Assembly: GCA_019828565.1 (NCBI GenBank) | Contig: JAHDYR010000053.1 | Coordinates: 594,214 to 658,213, forward strand | Direction: 5' to 3' | Source of the DNA: Carpediemonas membranifera BICM | Taxonomy: Eukaryota; Protista; Fornicata | Length of the DNA stretch: 64,000 bases | In this document: piece after piece, positions 1 to 9,599 of the stretch | Layout of the letters: every line of letters begins with the position of its first letter | Position numbering within the stretch: the stretch's first letter is position 1 | Notes under the pieces: generated by a model | Database searches by the model: none | What the model saw: only the letters and a program-made list of their open reading frames with translations | Told to the model about the DNA's origin: nothing | Made by a program: the position numbers and the translations under genes

Positions 1-143
1 ACCTTTGCATCACCGGTCAGAGCTATTAAGCCGGAATTTATACATGTGCCGCGATAAATGAGCCGCGCTACTCAGACCATGAGGATGGCGTTGATGCAGC
101 CGTCGTTCTCCGGGTTGTTCGTGACCTGCGCATACTTGCCCCA
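1..143 (-). pseudogene. Inverted duplicate of the NSA2 3' end (last ~23 codons plus 3' UTR); may continue beyond the window start
   Basis: Reverse complement of 17537..17679 with 2 mismatches seen, both in the UTR part; encodes [23 protein letters not shown]; identity stops abruptly at 143. Confidence 0.93.
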
Positions 144-155
144 AGCCCCATGCCA

Positions 156-599
156 TCACCGCTTCAGCAGGGCGGCCATCTTGGCAAGGGGGTCATCCTT
201 GGCTAGCCGCTTCACGCCTTTGGACGATGGCCGGGCTGGCTTCTTCTTCTTCTCGATAAGCACTGCTGCACCGACCTTCTCGGCCTTGATAACGTCCTCG
301 TCGCGCTTGGAAGGCTCGATTGGCTTGCCCAGAAGATGGGCTTCGGCCTCAGCAGCCTTGGCCTTCTTTGTGCCTGAATACATCCAATCGATCCGATTAG
401 CACTCTCGGGAGCCTTTCCAGCATGCGCAATTGTCGAAGCGCCCTTCTTTCGCGCCTTTTGCTCACGAATGACGCGTTTCACCTCTTCGATCTTACGCTG
501 TTCAATTTCAGCACTCGCTTCAGCATTCTCAATGGCCATCTTGTTCTGGTACGTGCCTACGTGCCATTCCTTATGCGCATTCAGATTTCCGCTCCCCAT
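156..599 (-). CDS. CWC25: Pre-mRNA splicing factor Cwc25-like
   Basis: MGSGNLNAHKEWH N-terminus (Cir_N-like), RIDWMY, HLLGKPI and DDPL motifs in the order seen in Cwc25; start placed at MGSG (599). Confidence 0.75.
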   Translation of the reverse strand: MGSGNLNAHKEWHVGTYQNKMAIENAEASAEIEQRKIEEVKRVIREQKARKKGASTIAHAGKAPESANRIDWMYSGTKKAKAAEAEAHLLGKPIEPSKRDEDVIKAEKVGAAVLIEKKKKPARPSSKGVKRLAKDDPLAKMAALLKR

Positions 600-736
600 T
601 GCCTGTCGTGGCAGCCGAGTTATCGTATACATGCGTCACATAAATGCCCAAAACAGCCCGGTTGGGTAGCCAGCGCTTCAAACAGTTGTATGCACATGAC
701 TCAGCGCTGGAAAGACGTCGGTGTGATCCCCGTTCA

Positions 737-2092
737 CCATGACATAAAAGGGACATCGCATGCATCGGACATTCACCAGATCGTCAATATTAAACTTTAC
801 AAATGGCGCTACAAACGTCCATTGTCTGAGGAATCTAGGCTTAGTAGTTTCTGTAGTTGTCGGCCAGGCCGGGTCTGCGCCCCGCGCCATAGCCGTAGTT
901 GAGCCCGCCGTATGTTGGCCGGGCAGGCGCGGCGGCCGTGAACTGGCGGCCGGCCGTGGTGGCCTCGCGCGTCTTCAGGCTCTGCTCGCGGCGTGTCGCT
1001 TCGGTCTCGCGGCGGGCGACGGCGGCCTCTCTCCTCTCGAGGTCGGCCTCGCGTCTGCGAACCTCAGCCTCACGTCTGTCGAGCTCACGCTCGCGGCGGT
1101 CCGCAACGGACTCGTCGGAGGGCTCGGACGCGGCCTCCTGCGAGGGCGCCGTCTTGTTGATCGTCGCGAGGATCTTCGCCATGCGGGGGTTGCTCTCGAG
1201 TGACGCCGCGGACGGCCTGCGCACGGGCGACTTGTCGAGCATCGTGTTGATGAGCGCGATGAGCTCGTCGTCGCGGCCGCGGATCGGGAGCGGCGACTCG
1301 CGCAGGATCTTGCGGTTGAGCGTCTCCTGGGTCGTCGCGGTGAAGGGCGGGTTGAGCGTGGCCAGCTCGTAGATAACGCAGCCGAGCGACCAGATGTCGC
1401 ACTTGTCGTCGTAGGGCCGCTTCTGGATCTGCTCGGGCGACATGTACAGGGGCGTGCCGACGTTGGTGAAGGCGTAGCTGTTCGCGTTGAGCTCTCTCGC
1501 GAGGCCGAAGTCGCCGAGCTTGACGCACTGGCCCTCGCCGATCATGATGTTGCCGGGCTTGATGTCGCGGTGCAGGATCTCGGTCGGCTTGCGCGTGTGG
1601 CAGGCCGCGAGCGCGGACACCATCTGCGCGAACACGCTCCAGATCACGTCGTCGCGGATCGGGCGGGCCTCGCGCTTGTGGCGGCGGATGTAGGCGGCGA
1701 GATCGCCACCAGCGCAGTATTCCATGAAGACTGTGAGCTTCCCGGCCTCCCTGTTGACGTCGCGGTCGATGTAGCGCACGATATTCGGGTGCGAGAGGTC
1801 GCGGAGGATGTTGACCTCGTCCACGAGCAGCTTCTTCTCCTTCTCGCTCATGCGCGCGTACTTCACGATCTTCGCCGCCATAATCTCGCCGTTCCGTTCC
1901 ACCTTCATCACCTGGCCGAAAGAGCCGCGGCCGAGTTCCTCGATTGTCTTGTATTCAGCCATCGTGCAGAATTTGCCGAATTCTCAAACTGCCCCAGAGT
2001 CGCCTGGCCAATCCGGAACAGCGAAAATCACAAACCCGACCCGCGGCCAGCATGCAGAATTTACAGCACCCCGCTCATGGCGTAGGCAGCGG
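737..2092. repeat. Segmental duplication, copy 1 (1356 bp, contains whole NEK gene)
   Basis: Direct match to 14475..15830 at constant offset 13738; 4 substitutions seen (746, 760, 794, 1732). Confidence 0.95.
841..1962 (-). CDS. NEK: NIMA-related (NEK2-like) Ser/Thr kinase with C-terminal coiled coil, copy 1
   Basis: GRGSFG, AAK, HRDIKPGN, KLGDFGLAR, VGTPLYMSPE, DIWSLGC; NEK2/NIMA-type 'MSEKEKKLLVDEVNILRDL'. Confidence 0.95.
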   Translation of the reverse strand: MAEYKTIEELGRGSFGQVMKVERNGEIMAAKIVKYARMSEKEKKLLVDEVNILRDLSHPNIVRYIDRDVNREAGKLTVFMEYCAGGDLAAYIRRHKREARPIRDDVIWSVFAQMVSALAACHTRKPTEILHRDIKPGNIMIGEGQCVKLGDFGLARELNANSYAFTNVGTPLYMSPEQIQKRPYDDKCDIWSLGCVIYELATLNPPFTATTQETLNRKILRESPLPIRGRDDELIALINTMLDKSPVRRPSAASLESNPRMAKILATINKTAPSQEAASEPSDESVADRRERELDRREAEVRRREADLERREAAVARRETEATRREQSLKTREATTAGRQFTAAAPARPTYGGLNYGYGAGRRPGLADNYRNY

Positions 2093-3640
2093 TGCCCTAC
2101 ACGAAGGGCATTCCATCTTGATATCAAGCCATTGCTCCAAACAGCGCTTGTGGAATACATGGTTACATGGCGCAATCATGTATTGTGAACTATGGGAGGA
2201 GTCCACTGGCTGCATGCAGATGACGCATACAAGCCCGTCCTCGCTATTGGCAACTTCATCAGGAATGGCGCGGTTGTAGCGGTAAGCTTTGGGTCGCCAG
2301 ATGTTGGGAATGAAGAATCGAGGCCACCGCTGTTGCAAGCACACGATTGTCGTCGTTACAATGCCGATTCCGATGATTATTGGGGTGCATATGTAGCTTG
2401 GTTCAAAAGTGAGGAAGTTCCATGGGCTGGCGAAGAAGTACAGCAGATAGAATGACCGGCACGCCGAGGAGAGCACTATATAGTAGATTGGGAACGCCCG
2501 CCTGCAGTTCTTTCGCGCCTGGTGCCAGATCTGTGGTATCCAGCCGATGTATAGCAAGAACATTGCCGGAAGTACGATAAGGTACTGCATCCACAGGAAC
2601 ATCACGATACATACAATGATAATAGCGTACATACGGAAGTAAATGGCCCCAATGGCGTCACGAGCATTGCGGAGAGCTTGCTGCGGCTGAGAACTGCGGC
2701 GTGACTTCCATACAGACATGACGAACTGGTTTTCGATGATGATCCATTGGGCGAAGGCAAGAAGGGCGGCTAAGGCGAATGCGTTGAGCACCGGTGTGTA
2801 TATCAGCGCGAAGAAGGCGTTGGAGAGGAAAACGATGCAGTCCTGGACGGCAAATATCACGAGGGCTAATGGAGACATACGCTGGCCCACCGCTGTGTTC
2901 CATGCCCGCACGTGCTGCTTATACGTCACCGCCATGAGCACCAGCAGGACAACAATCTGCACGAAGCTGTATAACAAAGCTCGCTCATACATGTCCAGAT
3001 GGACGTCGACACGGAAGTAGTTGTCGAGGAACACACCGCCGTCCGTGCTGACGAAAGTGCCGTTCATTGAGTCGACCCAGTCGATGGGGGAGTCCTCGTC
3101 GATGGGGTCGACGTTCACGAAGAGTTCAAAGGTTGCTTCTGAGAGATGGGCACTCTCTGTGACATTGGCGATAGTCACTGGGGGCCAGGGGAACGTTGGT
3201 TCATCGTAGCCTGTGCGGTTGTTGTCTCCAAAAGAAGGTGAGCGCGAGTCAAAGAGAACGTATGGGAAAGAAAGACGGAGGATGCCCTTCATGTATATCC
3301 GGCCGACCTCAGGATAGTACTCACCGATGACGTCGATCACCTCCTGCGCATCGTTGAGGTAGACGCCGTCCTTGACGTATATGGCGCCCGTGAACTCTTG
3401 GAGCGTATCATTGCCGGTGGGCTCGGTAAGAAAGACTTGGAAGAGGCCGCTATGTTCAGAAAAGCTTAGGGCTCCTGAGCGGCCGTTGTCCTTGTTCCAC
3501 TTGCCTTCAAAGATGTTCGTTTTCCATTCTGTTGGATATGTGACGTTTTCTGCAGCAAACACGCTGAATACACAGAATAAAAGCATTATAGCAAGTGATG
3601 GTAGCCGAAAAAGGCGCCCATACGCCGCGGTTGTTGTCAT
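2075..3640 (-). CDS. Multi-pass transmembrane RING-H2 E3 ubiquitin ligase (Tul1/Dsc1/FLY-like)
   Basis: Signal-like N-terminus, luminal domain, ~7 hydrophobic helices with WIPQI motif, C-terminal CVIC..PCNHVFH..CL..W..CPSCR. Confidence 0.88.
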   Translation of the reverse strand: MTTTAAYGRLFRLPSLAIMLLFCVFSVFAAENVTYPTEWKTNIFEGKWNKDNGRSGALSFSEHSGLFQVFLTEPTGNDTLQEFTGAIYVKDGVYLNDAQEVIDVIGEYYPEVGRIYMKGILRLSFPYVLFDSRSPSFGDNNRTGYDEPTFPWPPVTIANVTESAHLSEATFELFVNVDPIDEDSPIDWVDSMNGTFVSTDGGVFLDNYFRVDVHLDMYERALLYSFVQIVVLLVLMAVTYKQHVRAWNTAVGQRMSPLALVIFAVQDCIVFLSNAFFALIYTPVLNAFALAALLAFAQWIIIENQFVMSVWKSRRSSQPQQALRNARDAIGAIYFRMYAIIIVCIVMFLWMQYLIVLPAMFLLYIGWIPQIWHQARKNCRRAFPIYYIVLSSACRSFYLLYFFASPWNFLTFEPSYICTPIIIGIGIVTTTIVCLQQRWPRFFIPNIWRPKAYRYNRAIPDEVANSEDGLVCVICMQPVDSSHSSQYMIAPCNHVFHKRCLEQWLDIKMECPSCRAPLPTP

Positions 3641-3777
3641 TCACGTGCGTCAGTGTGTCTTAAAGTGCGGTGGCCATGTCATCTGATGATGAGTCCGACG
3701 ACCGCCCCCCAATGCTCTCTCCCCCTGCGCCGCCCTACCCTCCTCCATACACCCTCACCCCCGGCCCATTTATCATA

Positions 3778-4836
3778 CTATACAGTGCCCACAAACTCAT
3801 CAATAACCTCCACTAGCTTATTCACCAAAACAGTCCGCTCTCCACTCCCAAGGCCCACAGCCATAGCCTTCTTGCTCCTGACATGAACAAGTCGAGTGTC
3901 GCCAGCCCCTACTACATAGGTGGTCTGTCCTGGGCGATAAAGTGGGTACACATACTCATTCGAACCCATGCCCTTATCTAGCTCAGTTGGTTTGTGTGAT
4001 ATTGCCCTTCCGGCAGAATCAATAACAAGCCAGGCATCGAAAGGCGATATATCCGTGGAGTAGTCAACCTTTGCGTGCTTCACGATGTCACTAAACGCAG
4101 CTGTGACCTTCTTACTGAACTGTGACAATGACGGGTCAACCCCAGATACTGCAATGACCGTTATATCAGCCGACACACGCGACAAGAGCACCCTGCTTGC
4201 TATAGACGGGTTAGTGAATGGTAGATAGAGCGGCGTATCAGCGCATTCTATGGATTCATGCAAGGGAGCGAGGATGAGAAGAAGATCGCGCTCCATGGCG
4301 TGAAGCTTCATGAACGAGCCTGTTACTGCAGCGTATTCGTTGTCTACAAGCACTGCTGCTAATTCTAACCCGATTTGGTCAAGAGCTGCGCTGAATGCAG
4401 CTCTGGTGGTCTTGGGAATTGCTCGGAAGAACGAAGCTTCGTGCGTCTGCATTGTTGGTTGTAGGGGACGTCGGATGACTGAGAGAATGGTTGGTTCGAT
4501 AGCCATGAACATGTCCCTGAGCTGCTTGGGGCTGTGGTTGTAGTAGGAGGGTCCTTTCACCATTTCCATCGTGATTTGTAGGCGGTGAAGAAGATTGTTT
4601 GAATACTCTGCAACGTGGCGGGAAAGGAAGACGAAGAGAAGGTTACTAGAGACCATGCGGAGCGCATAGTTGTATTCTCCGGAGTTGACGTGCATGAACG
4701 GGCCCGAACCACTGACGGCCTGCGATAGTTCGAAAAGAAGAGGAATATCCTTCTGCTCGAGCAAAGGAATGCCCTCCAACAAGCTATATACTACATTCTG
4801 CGTCGCATCAGCGACGAAGAAGCAAAATTGGTCCAT
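3778..4836 (-). CDS. FUZ: Fuzzy-like longin-domain protein (CPLANE; Mon1/HPS1/Fuz family)
   Basis: 'AAVTGSFMKL...DTPLYLPFTNPSIASRVL...VIAVSGVDPSLSQ' resembles Fuzzy 'VAATEGWWRL...D.PVYLPHGSPTVPHRLL...LCGPSPPLSQ'; start uncertain (ORF open to 4956). Confidence 0.65.
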   Translation of the reverse strand: MDQFCFFVADATQNVVYSLLEGIPLLEQKDIPLLFELSQAVSGSGPFMHVNSGEYNYALRMVSSNLLFVFLSRHVAEYSNNLLHRLQITMEMVKGPSYYNHSPKQLRDMFMAIEPTILSVIRRPLQPTMQTHEASFFRAIPKTTRAAFSAALDQIGLELAAVLVDNEYAAVTGSFMKLHAMERDLLLILAPLHESIECADTPLYLPFTNPSIASRVLLSRVSADITVIAVSGVDPSLSQFSKKVTAAFSDIVKHAKVDYSTDISPFDAWLVIDSAGRAISHKPTELDKGMGSNEYVYPLYRPGQTTYVVGAGDTRLVHVRSKKAMAVGLGSGERTVLVNKLVEVIDEFVGTV

Positions 4837-5103
4837 CTGTCTCGTCGCCCTTTGTTTTGCCACAGTCGCCAAGTCATCCTGATCTGGGCGATCAGCAAGG
4901 CTCACCAGCATGGGCCATATATTCTGAAACATTACACAATTAACATCAATACCCATTGATCAGTCTCTGCCTCCTGGGTCGTCTCCAACCAGCGCCAATT
5001 CCACACACAGATGAAGAAGAACATCCTACCACAAGGAGAGGCCGACTCGGTACTGGTCAATAACCGCTTTACGGACAAATAGAATAAAATAAACCGTGCC
5101 TGC

Positions 5104-7215
5104 CTACTTCTTGACCATAAAGGCATTAACAGGCCAGAATTCGTCGATCTGCTTCGCCAGATCCCCGGGCGGCAACTCAGAAGACAGCTGCTTCCACCGC
5201 ATTCGCAGATTAAAGCACACGTCCAACACGTCGACCTGCTTATCCGGAACTCCGGCATCTTTCCTCAGCCCTCGCCCCAGCTGCTGCACAAAGACGACTT
5301 CAGACTGGGTCAACCTTGCAAGAATGACCAAGTCCACGCCTGGTACGTCGTAGCCCTCGGTCGCCATATTCACGGTCACCAGGACGTCGAGCTTTCCAGC
5401 TGCAAACTGCTCGAAAAAGAGGGCGGAGCGACCCTGTCTCGAGTGGGCCGACTTGGCGCCAGTAATGCCGCGGCGCTGCAGCATGTGGGCCACCTCGTCG
5501 GCCTGGGCAATGGTTGAAACGAAGATCATCGCTCGCTTCTTCGGTTTGTACAAAATGACTCGGCGGTCGACTGCGGAAGTTGTGGAAGCTGTGAGATCAT
5601 CAGTAAATATAAAATCGTCGTCGCCGTCTATTGTAACATCCGGGTCGACCACCGGGTGCTTGGGCTCGTCGTGGTGGGGCGGCGGCTGACGAGATTCGCC
5701 GGATCTGATCTGGTTGTTAATAAACTGGATAAAGTCCATATACGTGTCCACGATAAACTCTGAGGTCACATCCTTGCGATATCTGTCCATATCGAAGTTG
5801 AGACTCTCGATGAACCGTCGTGTGTCGCGTCCTTGCGGTCGTGACGTCCGGGCCAGGTCCCTATAAGTGTGGACGCTGATCCCACCTCCCGTCATGGGCA
5901 TGACCTCGTGGTAGTAGACCTCTGGGAAGTGCCCGAGCTCCTTGGCAGCAGTCCATGGGAAATCCACGTACATGATCCCGTTAAATAATTTTTTCAGCTG
6001 ATTACCGGTAGCATCAGTACGATGGCGAAGCGTCGCAGTCATACCAAGCATGTACCCGTTCTGCGCCGTCTTGAGGAACCTATACACTCCGCTAAACGTG
6101 TGTGCCAACAAGTGGTGCACCTCATCGACAACGACGTGAGTGATACGCTTAGCCAGGACGTCTGGCATCTTAGGGGCTACCCCGTCTGCTGTGGCGAGCT
6201 CCTGACTGAAGCTATGGACTGTCTGGAAGGTGGTGAAGATGAAGCGGGGTCTCACTGATGTGTGGGCGATCACGTTCTCCCGGAACAAGGCGCAGAGCTC
6301 GGACATGCCGCTCTTGTTCTTCACCTGGAAGAAGAACCCGTCTTCCTTGAGACCTAGGCCCTTCATATGGAACTGGAACGTCTTGAGGGCGTTATCCCTG
6401 ATCGCGGTGGTGTGAACGAGGAAAAGCATAGTGAACTGGAAGTCGGGGTTGTGCATGGCGTCGAGGAACAGCTTCTGGGAGCGGGGCTGGGGTTTGGGCG
6501 CAGGCAGTGCGGGCATTGAGGAAGCCGGGAGCGCCTCGAGGCCGTTTTCCCCCATAAACAGGACGGGCTCGGGCTCTTCCTCGTAGCCGTCGAGACCGCC
6601 AATGTCGTCTGCTAGTATAGCCTCTATGTCGTCCGCGTCAAAGGCCGTGCCAGCTGAACCGTGGTAGTACTGCTCGGCAAGCATCCGGATCTGCCGCTCA
6701 ATGTCTAGGGCAACAACGACAGTCTTACCGAGCGCAGTGGCCATGACCAACAGCCCTACGTTGTGGTGGACCATCTTTCTGACCTTGTTGATGTGGTTGA
6801 GGATGTGTGCTTGGAACTCAGAGGGTGTGTAGCGATCACCGCGGCCGGTGAACTCGGAGGAGAGGTTCAGGCGCTTCACCTCGTCCATGCCCAGGGTATG
6901 GTCGGGTATGTCGGCCAGGTTGAGAATCTGGTCAAACGTTTTGGACACGTCGACGACGGGCTTGGGCTTCGGGGCGGCCTTCTTCTTCTTCAGGCGCTCT
7001 CGCTCTTCCTTGAGCGCGGCAGCTATGGATTCTTCCTCTGTTATATCGAGAACGGAGAGCATGGGAGGCGGGCTGCGCTTGAGCTCGATGTCGGGCTCGT
7101 TCTTTCGAATGAACTGCTCTTGCTCATCTTCCAGCTCCTGCAGATGAGCCTCCCAGAACGCCGCGGAGTTGTTTGCCTTCGGACGGCGCTGGAGCTGCTG
7201 TCGACGGCGAAACAT
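5104..7215 (-). CDS. SF2 DExH helicase, ResIII/Irc3-like (bacterial type)
   Basis: MATALGKT (I), LFLVH (Ia), DEVHH (II), GMTAT (III), TEGYDVPGVD (V), FVQQLGRGLR (VI). Confidence 0.85.
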   Translation of the reverse strand: MFRRRQQLQRRPKANNSAAFWEAHLQELEDEQEQFIRKNEPDIELKRSPPPMLSVLDITEEESIAAALKEERERLKKKKAAPKPKPVVDVSKTFDQILNLADIPDHTLGMDEVKRLNLSSEFTGRGDRYTPSEFQAHILNHINKVRKMVHHNVGLLVMATALGKTVVVALDIERQIRMLAEQYYHGSAGTAFDADDIEAILADDIGGLDGYEEEPEPVLFMGENGLEALPASSMPALPAPKPQPRSQKLFLDAMHNPDFQFTMLFLVHTTAIRDNALKTFQFHMKGLGLKEDGFFFQVKNKSGMSELCALFRENVIAHTSVRPRFIFTTFQTVHSFSQELATADGVAPKMPDVLAKRITHVVVDEVHHLLAHTFSGVYRFLKTAQNGYMLGMTATLRHRTDATGNQLKKLFNGIMYVDFPWTAAKELGHFPEVYYHEVMPMTGGGISVHTYRDLARTSRPQGRDTRRFIESLNFDMDRYRKDVTSEFIVDTYMDFIQFINNQIRSGESRQPPPHHDEPKHPVVDPDVTIDGDDDFIFTDDLTASTTSAVDRRVILYKPKKRAMIFVSTIAQADEVAHMLQRRGITGAKSAHSRQGRSALFFEQFAAGKLDVLVTVNMATEGYDVPGVDLVILARLTQSEVVFVQQLGRGLRKDAGVPDKQVDVLDVCFNLRMRWKQLSSELPPGDLAKQIDEFWPVNAFMVKK

Positions 7216-7466
7216 GGCTTGCTGGAGCGTTCGTTGCCATAGACTGCATTTCGACTCAACGACTCCTGTGACCACGGGGTCTGGACTGGAAGTTGCGGAT
7301 GAATGCGTACTCGTGGATGACTTGAAGGCGTTGCAGTCGTCAGGCTGGACCGAGTTGAGTTGGATTCGTTGGAATATCGGATTCTGGAAAACTTTGTTCT
7401 GCAGTGCTGGCTAACCTCGTCAATGACTGTCGAATTGGACCCTGTTCCCGCAAAATGGACGTTTGA

Positions 7467-7478
7467 CATAAACTGCAC
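7467..7478. promoter_or_regulatory. Candidate core-promoter motif CATAAACTGCAC (= GTGCAGTTTATG)
   Basis: Same 12-mer at 14330, 20740 and 44368, each just upstream of a start codon. Confidence 0.55.
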
Positions 7479-7520
7479 ATTCAAAATTTAGAAGCTTCTT
7501 CACCGTCTGCGCCAAAGAGC

Positions 7521-9029
7521 ATGGATGAATTTGAAAGCCCGATAAGAAGCACCAGTATGTATGAGAAAGAGAACAGTGACGACGTTATTTCGGCCGCCCA
7601 CAACATCTTCAACAAGTACAGAAGCATGCTTGGCGCTGACGAGGAGTCCGATCCCCGCCTGAAGGACACGCCCCCACGCATGCCTTCCCACGCCTCCACG
7701 AGCTCTCGCACCTCCGAGAACAAGCCCGAGGCGCTTGCGATTAAGAAGCTTTCCTTCTCGCCCGTGAGACAGGAGCCCACGACCTCCTCCCGCCCCCAGC
7801 CTCACACCTCGCCCATGTCCATGGACCAGCACGTCTCCCCCCTCCGCTCGGCCATCCGCGATACTCTCGACGCCGCCCAGTCGTCGAAGTCTCGAGTGAG
7901 GAGTCCCTCCCGGTCTGCCGTCCAAGAAACCATCAGAGCAGCGTCAGTGGAGGTCAAGGCCAACATGTACAGCGAGGCATACATCGAGCGGCTCCAGGAG
8001 CAGCACCGTGAGCGGGTTGACCAGCTTATGCTCCGCGTGAGGGAGGCAAGAGAAGCTCAGACAAAGGCGGAGGCCGCGCTGAGGGACAGGAGCCAGGGGC
8101 AGGAGGAGGAATACGGCAGGCGAGAGATGGGCATCGCCTCAGCCCTGGAGGAGGCGCACCATGAGGCTGAGCGTGCATCCGAACGTATGAAGCAGGACCT
8201 GGCAAAGATGCAAGAGACCCACGAGAGAGAGATCGCCGACCTCGAGAAAACTCACCAGCAGCAGATCGAGGCTATGAACGACAAGTTTGCCTCTGCTCTC
8301 CGGGAACAACGCGAGCAGGCCGTGGAAGAAAGCCAAGCAGCCGTCGTCCGGGAACAGAGGTCGGTCCAGGCGGCGCGGGCTGAGATGACGGGCCTGGAGC
8401 GCCAGCTTAGAGAGGAGATGGCCGCCATGAAGCGAGAGTACGAGAACCAACTTGAGGCCATCAAACAGATCGCGAAGCAGCAGGGGCAGAAGGCTGCAGA
8501 GGCCAGGGAACGGGAGTGCAGCAGTCAGCTGGCCCACGACACGGAGATCACAGCACTGAAGGACACTCTTGGCGGGGTAGAGGCCGAGCTTCGAAAGCTG
8601 GCTTCACAGAAAGAACGGGAAGTGCAACAGGTGAGGAACGATCACACGCTCAGCCTGCAGAAGCTGAAGCAGCACTATGAGACGCGCGTACGCACAGCCG
8701 AACAGACTGCTGCTGGCCTCACGAGCCGCGTCAAGGCGCTCGAAAGCCAGCTCGAAGCCGAGAAAGCCAACCACAAGGGACAGCTGGAAGCTGCAGCGAG
8801 AGACATCAGCCTTCTCAATGGCTACTTCGAGCAGAGTCAGAAGCAGATGGACCAGCGTAAGAGAGACCTCGACCAAATGGAACGGCGCTACTCTAGGAGT
8901 ATCAAGGAGCGAGACGTTCTTATGCGGGAGCGGGAGGTGCTCAGGGGCGAGGTCGGGCGGCTGAGGGAGGCGAATGATTCGCTGCAGGCGACCATTGACC
9001 GGGAGAGCAGGGATGTGTACGGCTTGTAG
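7521..9029 (+). CDS. Long coiled-coil protein of unknown function
   Basis: 502-aa ORF, Ser/Pro-rich head then continuous E/Q/R/A-rich heptad region; AGTAAA overlaps stop. Confidence 0.85.
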   Translation: MDEFESPIRSTSMYEKENSDDVISAAHNIFNKYRSMLGADEESDPRLKDTPPRMPSHASTSSRTSENKPEALAIKKLSFSPVRQEPTTSSRPQPHTSPMSMDQHVSPLRSAIRDTLDAAQSSKSRVRSPSRSAVQETIRAASVEVKANMYSEAYIERLQEQHRERVDQLMLRVREAREAQTKAEAALRDRSQGQEEEYGRREMGIASALEEAHHEAERASERMKQDLAKMQETHEREIADLEKTHQQQIEAMNDKFASALREQREQAVEESQAAVVREQRSVQAARAEMTGLERQLREEMAAMKREYENQLEAIKQIAKQQGQKAAEARERECSSQLAHDTEITALKDTLGGVEAELRKLASQKEREVQQVRNDHTLSLQKLKQHYETRVRTAEQTAAGLTSRVKALESQLEAEKANHKGQLEAAARDISLLNGYFEQSQKQMDQRKRDLDQMERRYSRSIKERDVLMREREVLRGEVGRLREANDSLQATIDRESRDVYGL

Positions 9030-9599
9030 TAAAGGGTAGCGTTGATGATGGATCTCTCTGAGCTGGGTCTGTTGACGTTGTGTTACTAGCGTGGGAGACG
9101 TTGTGCTCCGCAGCGATGTACCGACGACTCTCGGGTGTAGCCGTGCCGCACAGGATCTCTCGCGGGTTCAGCACCCTCTAGACCAGCGCCTCTGTCTGAC
9201 GTTGAAACACATCTGCTGGCCCACAACCTTGACTTGCAGACTGTTGAGGCTTAACGGATCTGAATCTTGTCTTGTCTTGTCGTCGACGAGGTATTCCGGC
9301 GCAATTGTGTCAGCCAAGCTGGGCCGGCTAATATGGTCCCGAACAAGATGCCCAGTCTCGTCCTCTCCGCAGACCCACGTTGCCATATTGTGCATGTTGG
9401 TGAACCAGTTTAAACTGCACTGTGATTGTATCTTCACTCAGCCCATGAATTCAGAGGCGAGTCAGGGTGTAGCCCCCACATATCAGCATGCAGTGCTTGA
9501 TACAGGCTGATCCAAACTCAACCCGCCATCCTGACGACTGGCTGTATCAGTATTTATCGTGACAACGTGGGAACCGCATCCAACGAACTATAATACACC

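Noticed and set aside
9168-9176. GC-TGA as a selenocysteine redox motif
   Set aside because: No oxidoreductase context or identifiable SECIS; chance match is likely.
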